Assembly: GCA_964291335.2 (NCBI GenBank)
Contig: OZ219748.1
Coordinates: forward strand, 683,711-747,710
Source: Dehalococcoidia bacterium
GTDB taxonomy: Bacteria; Chloroflexota; Dehalococcoidia; Lucifugimonadales; UBA3495
Length of the DNA stretch: 64,000 nucleotides
Direction: 5' to 3'
Each line of letters opens with the position of its first letter. The stretch's first letter is position 1. Under the pieces are notes generated by a model, which saw nothing but the letters and a program-made list of their open reading frames with translations, searched no databases and was not told the DNA's origin. Below are positions 43,986 to 51,422 of this stretch, piece by piece. A program made the position numbers and the translations under genes.

Positions 43986-46814
43986 TTACCGGTTCAGGGG
44001 GCCGGCCCACCACCGCAGTCTTCCCTGGGCCTGCCGGTAGGATTCCGGATCGGTAGTTACCCGGCGAGTGATGCCTTGCGGATCGGTCAGTTGCCAATGT
44101 TTGGGGCCGACTTCCCTGACGCGCCAGCCCGGGGGGAGCAGCTCCGGCTGCGCCAGGGGTTTTTCCAGGTCTGCCATGGTAATGCTGGAGGGGGCTGGCG
44201 CGTTGGGGGTTTCTTCCCAGTCGGTGTTAAGTTGATTCAGGTCAAATTCCTTCTCGTGTCGTTCAATCAGTTCAGCCACTTCGGCTTCGATGTTCGCTTC
44301 ATCCCGGATAATGCCCGAAATACCGGCGGCGATAATCGGCGGGTATTCCCCCACGTTGTGCTGAATGTCCCTGAAACGGCGGGCTACCGCATCGTAGGCG
44401 TCATGTTCGGCAGTATTGGCGTAGAACAGGTTGACGATGTGCACCACCGCCCGGGTTTGCCCGATGCGGTCAACGCGTCCGGCGCGCTGTTCCAGGGTCA
44501 TGGGGTTCCAGGGAATGTCGTAATTAATCACGGCGGAGCAGAATTGCAGGTTCAGGGATTCCGAGGCGGTTTCGGTACACAGCAGCAAGCCCCGGGGTTG
44601 TTCCTGAAATTGTTTCAACCGGGTTTCCCGGTCGCCTAACTCTCCGTCCTGCCCGTAAAGTTCGGCAATGTTGGCGCAGCCTTCCTGCCGCAGTTTTTCC
44701 GAGAGCCATTTCTGGGTGTCCCGGAACTGGGTAAACAGCAGAATATAACTATGTCCCTCACCCCGCAGGTCTTCGATCAGCCCGGCCAGTCTCTTTCGCT
44801 TGCTGTCTTGTCCGGTCAGCCGGTCGGCCTGGTCAGCCGCCTCCAGCAGGGCGGCGACGTCGCCGGCGTTGTTCAGGGCCGCGGCGTCCTGCTCGGTAAT
44901 TTCATCCAGGTCGGCATCATCCAGCAGGGTGTTCCAGTCCTCCGAGTCTTCGGAGTCTTCAGAGACTTTGAGGCGCCGCTGGGCGGCGTTGCGCAGGGTC
45001 TGGGCGTAGGCATACGTTGAGGAACCCAGACGCTTGCGGAAAACGGTAGCGATGAAGCCCAAAGCCTGCTGGTTGATGCGGCTGAGGCCATAGCATTGCT
45101 GAATCAGGGGCTTGATGCCTTCGTACAGCTTCCGTTCTGCTTCGGACATATCGATGACGACGTCCTCCGCCCGGCGTTCCGGCACCGGCATGTTCAGCAG
45201 CCCGCGCTGGTGGTATTGGCGCAGGAGTTCCCGGGTATGGCGGCTCATCAGCCGCCTGGCCGGCGCGCTTTTCCGCATGGCCGTCAGGGTGGCATCAAGA
45301 ACGCCGGGTTCGGCCAACTGGCGGGCAACATACTCCTCATTGTCGCTGTTCAGCACAAAGTCCTGGGGTTCCGGCGGGCCGCTCTTGCGCCAGAGGTCCC
45401 GGCAGAATTTCCACTCGGCCAGGTCGGGCTCGTCGGTTCGGTAGAACTGGCGGTATTCAGTGGCGTTCCAGCCTTTGGGTTCCAGCAGTTCCAGCAGCGC
45501 CCAAAGTTCCGCCTGGTTGAGCTGCATCGGCGTGGCGGTAAGCAGCAGCAGTTCCCCGGTTCGGGTGGCCAGCTGCTGCAACAGCTGCAGGTATTTATTG
45601 GGCTGGCGCCGGCTTTCAACGTTCACGTCCCGGAACCGGGCCCGGTGGGCTTCATCCACAATAATCAGGTCGTATTCTCCGCAGGTGGCGAGGAACTCCT
45701 CGGTGTGGCGCACCAGCCACTGGTGGCCGGCAATGGCCAGCGGCGCCTGCCAGGGAGGGCTGGCGGGGGGTTCCTGGTGTCCCCGGTAGTAAAAGCAGCC
45801 GCGGGCATCGATTATCGGCGCGTCGATGGCGAACTTCAGCAGCAATTCGCTCTGCCACTGCCTGACCGCCGCTTTAGGGGCAATGACCAGCGTCCGGCCA
45901 GCCTTTCGCTGGTTGAGCCGGGTTTTCAGGATGATGCCGGCTTGCAGGGTTTTGCCCAGCCCCACTTCATCGGCAATCAGTTTGCGGACGGGGTAGCTGA
46001 AAACGTTCTGCTGGCGGAAACGTTCCTGGTGGGGCCAGAGGGACGTTGGAATGGTGGCGGGGGTGCTGTTCGGGTCAGCAGCCAGCCGGTCATACAGGTT
46101 ATCCCAGTAATCCTTTGCGGCGAGGGACGGGTCGGCGGGCGGCGCGGCCGGGGCCTGTTCAGCAAGCAATTGGCGGAAATTGGCCGGCAGGTCAATAACC
46201 TGGAGGCCAACGGCCTGGTTGTTCCACAGGGTCTCAAACTCGGCCTGGGTATTATCCAGGTATTCGACGCCGCGTTCGCTGGTGTAAACGTGGAAGGACT
46301 CCCAGTTTTTCTGCCAGCCGGCGAGGGTTTCGTTGAGGCTGCCGCTGAAGGCGACCCGGTTGCCCCAGACGTCCGCGACGATGCCGCTCTTGCTGTGGAA
46401 GATGTGGCCGGCCCGGAGGGCGATTTTCACTTCCATAATGCCCCTGGCTGCCAGCCAGTAAGCCAGCTCCAGGTGGCTGCGGCGGGTCAGGTCTTCGGCC
46501 GCGGTAGTCAGCAGCAGGTCTTCCGGCCGGGCCGTCTGCTGCAAAGCGGCTTCGGCGGACATTCGGCCGCGGTGAACCGCCTCAAGCACTTCCGGCGCGA
46601 CGCTGTGGTCGCAGATGAGGCGGATGTGTCCGCCGTTGCGGATGAAGGCGGCGGCCCCGGCAGCGGCGGCCATCAACCCTTCGGCCGTGAAGGTATAGGT
46701 AGTGCGGTCATAGCGCACCGCTTCGGCCAGCAGCGGCTGGTAAAAGCCGGTCAGCAGGTCGGGGCAGTTGCTGTGGTTATAAACCGGCCGCAGGTTCAGG
46801 TCTTTAAGGGACAT
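43986..46814 (-). CDS. PLD-family (HKD) nuclease domain fused to an SNF2-type helicase (helicase component of the Hma-type system)
   Basis: 942 aa. HKD motif HIFHSKSGIV...FSGSLNET. Helicase motifs ADEVGLGKTLQAG, IIVDEAHRAR and QRAGRVDRIGQ. Confidence 0.85.
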   Translation of the reverse strand: MSLKDLNLRPVYNHSNCPDLLTGFYQPLLAEAVRYDRTTYTFTAEGLMAAAAGAAAFIRNGGHIRLICDHSVAPEVLEAVHRGRMSAEAALQQTARPEDLLLTTAAEDLTRRSHLELAYWLAARGIMEVKIALRAGHIFHSKSGIVADVWGNRVAFSGSLNETLAGWQKNWESFHVYTSERGVEYLDNTQAEFETLWNNQAVGLQVIDLPANFRQLLAEQAPAAPPADPSLAAKDYWDNLYDRLAADPNSTPATIPTSLWPHQERFRQQNVFSYPVRKLIADEVGLGKTLQAGIILKTRLNQRKAGRTLVIAPKAAVRQWQSELLLKFAIDAPIIDARGCFYYRGHQEPPASPPWQAPLAIAGHQWLVRHTEEFLATCGEYDLIIVDEAHRARFRDVNVESRRQPNKYLQLLQQLATRTGELLLLTATPMQLNQAELWALLELLEPKGWNATEYRQFYRTDEPDLAEWKFCRDLWRKSGPPEPQDFVLNSDNEEYVARQLAEPGVLDATLTAMRKSAPARRLMSRHTRELLRQYHQRGLLNMPVPERRAEDVVIDMSEAERKLYEGIKPLIQQCYGLSRINQQALGFIATVFRKRLGSSTYAYAQTLRNAAQRRLKVSEDSEDSEDWNTLLDDADLDEITEQDAAALNNAGDVAALLEAADQADRLTGQDSKRKRLAGLIEDLRGEGHSYILLFTQFRDTQKWLSEKLRQEGCANIAELYGQDGELGDRETRLKQFQEQPRGLLLCTETASESLNLQFCSAVINYDIPWNPMTLEQRAGRVDRIGQTRAVVHIVNLFYANTAEHDAYDAVARRFRDIQHNVGEYPPIIAAGISGIIRDEANIEAEVAELIERHEKEFDLNQLNTDWEETPNAPAPSSITMADLEKPLAQPELLPPGWRVREVGPKHWQLTDPQGITRRVTTDPESYRQAQGRLRWWAGPLNR

Positions 46815-46871
46815 GGCTATCCTCGCCGGGCTGCGACTCCGGATATGGCAGCTGCACCCGGTAATCTGAGT

Positions 46872-49800
46872 CTATTCGCCGCCCAGGTTCTGCAACTCCT
46901 GAAATGCCAGCTGCACCCCGGCCGGCGGGGGCGCCGGTTCCTGGTAGAGGAACTGCCACAGGTTCCGCTGGGCCTGATAGTCGTCATGGCCCGGCCGGGT
47001 AGTGCGCGCCAGCGCCTCCAGGGTGGCCTTGAACCGCGGGTCATCGCGGGACAGCCCCTGCCGGGTCAGCCACTCCCCGGCGTCCCCGGTATTGCGGCGG
47101 TCGGTCAGGGCAACGGCGGTATGGGCCGCATCCAGGCTGGATTCGGCCGGCCGGTCTTCCTCGATGTTCCGCGCCGCCAGCCGGTCCCGGGCGCTGAGCA
47201 GCTGCACCTTGTCGCCGTTGAAACGGACCATCCGCTTCAGCGCCGGGTCATTCTTCTCCAGCGGCACCCCCAGGGCGCGGGCCAGCAGGTTAGCTTCATC
47301 GAAGAGCAGGGTATCGTTTTCGGCGGCATCCTTCGCCAGAACGTAAAACCTGGTGGCGGCGTCCACCGGGTCGCTGCTCCACCGCTCGCTGATTTCCCGG
47401 GCCCGGTGGCGGCTGACCTCCCGCCGGGCCACCTGCAGGGCGTCGGTGGGGGTAACCTGGTAAGGCGCCTCCGGCCGCGCCGGGTTGGGCGTATCCCGCC
47501 GGGCGCCCCAATGCCGGCTGATAATCCGCAGCGCCGGCCCAAAGGCGCTCAAGTACAAATCAATGGGCCGCAGCGCCGCCCCGCTCAGGTTCTCCGCAAT
47601 ATCCTTCCGGACAGCTTCGGCAATCAACTCTTCCACCTCATGCCACGGTTCAGGCGCCAGGTTTTCGACCCGGGGCCGGCAGACCAGCAAGAGGGTGGTG
47701 CGGGCGGCGGCCTTGCCCTTGATGTGCAGGCTGGATTCGGCCTCGGTTTTGACCGGCCAGGTGCGGGTGATGGTGAAGCCGGCTTCAATCAGGGCGACGG
47801 TAAGGGCGTCCCAGGCGCTGGTGGATTTGTGGTTGAACATGACCACCATAACGCCCGCCCGCTTGATTACCCGGCGGCATTCGGCGAAGATTTCGGCCAT
47901 CTTCCGCTGGTAGTCGGCCAGGGCCAGGGCGGCGGCGGATTGAGCTTTATCGGCCCGGTTCCGGAAGCGGACCGGGCTGGCGATGGCCTCCTGCTCCTTT
48001 TCGGTGAGGTAGTGGGCAAAGTTCGCCGGGAAGACATAGCCGGCAGTCCGCTTGAGCCAGACGTAGAAGAAGTCGGACAGTTCGGCGAAGCAGACGTTCT
48101 GCTCGTAGGGCGGGTCGAAGACGATGCAGTCGACGGAGGCGTCATCCAAAGGCAGGTCGCGGGCGTCGCCCTGGATGACTTCGGACGGCCGGGCTATATT
48201 CGGCCTGACCGTTTCGGTCAGCAGCCGGCCGTCGCTATTACTGGCCTGCTTGCCATAGCCGACCATATAGATAATTTGGGACAGACATTCGTCAATATCA
48301 TCCAGGGCCCACTCAAGGCCCAAGCCTCGACAGATTATCGCCATCTCGGAGTAGTTCCACTTAAACCCGAAGTCATGGGTATCAAAAATCCCGGCAACTA
48401 CTTGCCGGTTGGGATGCCATCTACACAGCAGGTTATTGTTGTTAATCATCTTGTCCAAAGCAATGGCGATGTAGCCCCAGGCGGCCTGGCGGCACTCATC
48501 CAGCCGGCCGGCGGCCCGGTCCTTTTCTACGCCCTGGCGGAAGGCCTGCACGCAATGGCCGTGGGCCAGCTGCTGCCGCGGGTTGAACATATCGCTCCAG
48601 GCAGGCATCCCGTAGTAAATGGCGTCTTTGGTTTTGTTGCCCTCGGGCAGGGCCTCATTGGGCAGCACATCTTCGGCCTCCCATTGGGGGGACAGGCGGG
48701 CCAGTGCGGCGGCGGCGTAGGTATTGCCGGCGAAGTGGCGTTCCCCGGGTTCGGCGAAGACGCGGCAGGTGGTTTCCTTCTTCTTCTGTTTGCCGGCTTT
48801 GGTCCGGTCATACCAGCTGTCCCGGTAAACGATGCAGTAGAGGCGGTGGCCCATGCGGCCGGCCTGGGCTTCCTGTGCCAGGTACGCTTTGGGGGTGGTG
48901 CTGCCGCAGGCGGGGCAGGTGGCGATGGCCCGGGCGACGGTGCCGCTGCTGGGCGTCCGGTCGGGGTACAAAGCGGCCAGGTGGCAGGTTCGGCCGGCGG
49001 CCCGGCAGTCGGCGCAGTCGGCCCGGTGATGCACAATGCCCATCCCAATCGGGTCGGCGGCCGGGTCCAGCCGAATGCCGGTGCCTTTGTTATCCAGCCG
49101 CCAGTTGGGGCTGAGGGGAATCCGGCGTTGGCAGGACAGGCAGGCGGCCGTGCGGGCCCACAGATACGTTTGGGCGTATCTGTGGGCCCGCACGGCCCGG
49201 TGCAATTTTTTAGAACAAGTGTTTGTATTATGCTGACAGCCTTTAATGGCGCAGGCAGCCTGCGGGTGGGGGCAATCGCCGCCGGCGCAGTCGGGAGCCG
49301 GCTCTTCCGGGTAAACGCCGGTCACCAGCTCGTTTACCCGTTCCAGGTAATCCTTGCTGATTTCCCGGTAGTGGGCCAGCAGCGGGTAGCCGTACTGCTG
49401 CGGCCACTGGCAGGTGGCCCGCAGGATGTGGCCGGCCACCGGGTTAAGCTCGTTGGCAACGGTCGGCAGGCCCAGCCGCCCGGCCTCAAAGGGGATGGAG
49501 CCGCCCCCGGCGGTTACGTCCAGCACCAGCGGGGCGTCAACAGCGTCAGCCAGGTGGTCATTGAGCCATTGCCGTTCCCGGCTGGTCGGGTTATGGGTGA
49601 AGGCGCGGCGGCGGGCGCCGTAGCCCTCCTTGTCCCGTTGGCCGGATTCGGCAGCGGCGGCCAGCCGCCGGGCCGTTTCGTGAATATCATGACTGGTTCC
49701 CAGCAGGTGATATACCGACTGGCGGGTTTGCTCAGAGTCGGCAGATTGGGGAAGCAGGGACAGCAGCACGGAAGCGCGCGAAGGGGCCAACGGCCGCCGC

Positions 49801-49988
49801 GCCCACCAGACATGGAGCCAGTTTACCGGAGGCAAAGCAGAGGCAGCAGAGCGCTCCCGTATGGATTCGGTTGATATTTGGTTCACCGGGAACCACTTTT
49901 CGATGAGGCGGGGCTGTATCGCTGTATCCGCTTCGCCGGGGAAGTAACCCTCCGCCGGGGTTTCTGCCGCAGGTATCATCCGGTTCAT
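46872..49988 (-). CDS. DUF1156-type DNA methyltransferase with zinc-ribbon inserts
   Basis: 1038 aa. N-terminal WFPVNQIS...WLHVWWARRPLAPSRA (DUF1156 signature), CxxC pairs (CLSCQ, CPACGS), and the catalytic IVFDPPYEQN (DPPY). Confidence 0.85.
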   Translation of the reverse strand: MNRMIPAAETPAEGYFPGEADTAIQPRLIEKWFPVNQISTESIRERSAASALPPVNWLHVWWARRPLAPSRASVLLSLLPQSADSEQTRQSVYHLLGTSHDIHETARRLAAAAESGQRDKEGYGARRRAFTHNPTSRERQWLNDHLADAVDAPLVLDVTAGGGSIPFEAGRLGLPTVANELNPVAGHILRATCQWPQQYGYPLLAHYREISKDYLERVNELVTGVYPEEPAPDCAGGDCPHPQAACAIKGCQHNTNTCSKKLHRAVRAHRYAQTYLWARTAACLSCQRRIPLSPNWRLDNKGTGIRLDPAADPIGMGIVHHRADCADCRAAGRTCHLAALYPDRTPSSGTVARAIATCPACGSTTPKAYLAQEAQAGRMGHRLYCIVYRDSWYDRTKAGKQKKKETTCRVFAEPGERHFAGNTYAAAALARLSPQWEAEDVLPNEALPEGNKTKDAIYYGMPAWSDMFNPRQQLAHGHCVQAFRQGVEKDRAAGRLDECRQAAWGYIAIALDKMINNNNLLCRWHPNRQVVAGIFDTHDFGFKWNYSEMAIICRGLGLEWALDDIDECLSQIIYMVGYGKQASNSDGRLLTETVRPNIARPSEVIQGDARDLPLDDASVDCIVFDPPYEQNVCFAELSDFFYVWLKRTAGYVFPANFAHYLTEKEQEAIASPVRFRNRADKAQSAAALALADYQRKMAEIFAECRRVIKRAGVMVVMFNHKSTSAWDALTVALIEAGFTITRTWPVKTEAESSLHIKGKAAARTTLLLVCRPRVENLAPEPWHEVEELIAEAVRKDIAENLSGAALRPIDLYLSAFGPALRIISRHWGARRDTPNPARPEAPYQVTPTDALQVARREVSRHRAREISERWSSDPVDAATRFYVLAKDAAENDTLLFDEANLLARALGVPLEKNDPALKRMVRFNGDKVQLLSARDRLAARNIEEDRPAESSLDAAHTAVALTDRRNTGDAGEWLTRQGLSRDDPRFKATLEALARTTRPGHDDYQAQRNLWQFLYQEPAPPPAGVQLAFQELQNLGGE

Positions 49989-49992
49989 TTAA

Positions 49993-50574
49993 TTACCTCA
50001 CAGCTTGTGAGAACATCAAATTCTTCGTAAGGCGGCCCCGTCGCAAAGCCGCCAAATACGGCAGCTTCCTCCTTCTGTTTTCCCAATGCAGCCGGCGCCC
50101 CGCTTTAAGTTCCGGTTTGACAACTTTTGTCCCTCTCCGATGCAGGTATTTCCGTTTTTTGATGCGCAGCGGCGTGCGCGTCGCTGCCTTTACCCGGAGC
50201 GGAGGCTGTTTTGTGTCTGCCGGTCGGGTTTGGCCGGGAGTATCGGTTCTTACGTAATAGTCCGTTTCCAGCAAGTCTGCCTGGTCCGTGATGGGGGTGG
50301 ACTGACGGAGCAGGGTTATCCCGTCGGCGTCCGCGCCCATTCTGGCGGTGTACCACTCGCCGGCGGGGGAAGCCCGCAGCAGGCTGCGCAGGCCGACTTG
50401 CCCGGCCTTGAACGCGGCCAGGTCTTCGCGGGTAGCCGGCGCCATGAAGTACTCGCACCCGGTTTGGCAGTCGTCGTCATGCACTGCGATATAACGCCGT
50501 CCGGTTTCGTCCTCAGCTTCGAAAATCAGTTCACAATCGTAGTAGAGTATCGATTCTTTGAACGCGACTTTCAT
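49993..50574 (-). CDS. Hypothetical protein (193 aa) with a strongly basic C-terminal tail, embedded in the Hma-type operon
   Basis: The Met at 50574 forms an ATGA overlap with the upstream stop. The stop lies 4 nt before the methyltransferase ATG. The N-terminal half is acidic/globular (MKVAFKESILYYDCELIFEAEDETGRRYIAVHDDD) and the C-terminal ~70 aa are K/R-rich. Confidence 0.55.
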   Translation of the reverse strand: MKVAFKESILYYDCELIFEAEDETGRRYIAVHDDDCQTGCEYFMAPATREDLAAFKAGQVGLRSLLRASPAGEWYTARMGADADGITLLRQSTPITDQADLLETDYYVRTDTPGQTRPADTKQPPLRVKAATRTPLRIKKRKYLHRRGTKVVKPELKAGRRLHWENRRRKLPYLAALRRGRLTKNLMFSQAVR

Positions 50575-50984
50575 GCTGTCACCTTGCAGTTTCCGCTCGG
50601 GTCGAATGCTTGCGACGGCCACCAGGTTTGATGCCAGTTTTTTTCAACCGGGTTCAGTTTACCGGCCCCGGCGGAAATGGTCAGTTCGCCGATAGCCTGC
50701 CACCGGGGCGTTCTGCTCCGACCTTTCCTGTTGGGGGTTCCCAGCAGCAGACTTTGCGCGGCTTCCAGCGATGCCCATAAGGACACGCCACTCTGTTCAC
50801 AGGGTGTCCTGGGGATTTCCGGGTTCGGCGCTCCGTGATTCTTCACATAGGAATCAAAGTCGCCTTGCTCGGGGGTTGTGGTTTTCAATAGTCGATACCG
50901 CACCGTCCGCTCTGCTATGTCCTGCGCGCCGGGCGGAGGGCAATTCGGCGGCAAGGTCTCGCGGTATTGCAATCTGCGCTCCAT
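50571..50984 (-). CDS. Hypothetical protein (137 aa) embedded in the Hma-type operon
   Basis: The internal Met at 50984 shares one nt with the upstream stop (TGATG). The sequence is MERRLQYRETLPPNCPPPGAQDIAERTVRYRLL...CEQSGVSLWASLEAAQ...HQTWW. No family name can be assigned. Confidence 0.5.
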   Translation of the reverse strand: MERRLQYRETLPPNCPPPGAQDIAERTVRYRLLKTTTPEQGDFDSYVKNHGAPNPEIPRTPCEQSGVSLWASLEAAQSLLLGTPNRKGRSRTPRWQAIGELTISAGAGKLNPVEKNWHQTWWPSQAFDPSGNCKVTA

Positions 50985-51421
50985 CACCCATACATCAAGG
51001 TCAAGGCGTCCAGCACCCGGCGGGGGCGGTTGCGGTTCTTGTGGCAGGCGTACCACCAGCTGCTTTCGCAGGGGTGGAAATCGGCGATGGCCCGGGCCAG
51101 CCGTTCCGCTTTATCGGCTCTTTCCGTTCCGCTTACCGCATCCAGCAGCAACCTTACCTGGACGGCGGTTTCCTCGGTAATGGGGTGATACTGGCGTCCC
51201 GCTGCTTCCTGGGGACGCAGCCGCCGGCCCTGGTGGTTCCACAGGATGGTGGAAATGTGCGCCACACAGCGATTATACAGCGTTCCGGTGGCGTATTGCA
51301 GGCGGCGTCCGTTGCGGCGGGACGATTTGCCGGCCAGGGTAACCGACAGCCGCCGGTTGCCCCTGGAATCGTGGTCCAGCAGCAGGCCGTAGTCCCTGGG
51401 GGTTTCGCGCAGCAGGGTCAT
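50984..51421 (-). CDS. Small partner protein of the DUF499 ATPase (possibly DUF3780-type)
   Basis: 145 aa, starting 1 nt after the ATPase stop. The family name rests on gene context and memory only. Confidence 0.5.
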   Translation of the reverse strand: MTLLRETPRDYGLLLDHDSRGNRRLSVTLAGKSSRRNGRRLQYATGTLYNRCVAHISTILWNHQGRRLRPQEAAGRQYHPITEETAVQVRLLLDAVSGTERADKAERLARAIADFHPCESSWWYACHKNRNRPRRVLDALTLMYG

Positions 51422-51422
51422 T

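Noticed and set aside
45096-49874. A 1592-aa plus-strand ORF, and similar long antisense ORFs (for example 38257-39465, 40890-42290, 51453-52706, 53181-54143, 2957-4024 minus)
   Set aside because: They are antisense to ORFs with unambiguous helicase, methylase, ATPase or peptidase motifs. Their composition is G/P/A/R/V-rich and low in complexity, as expected for stop-poor antisense frames in GC-rich DNA. They have no motifs and no start context.
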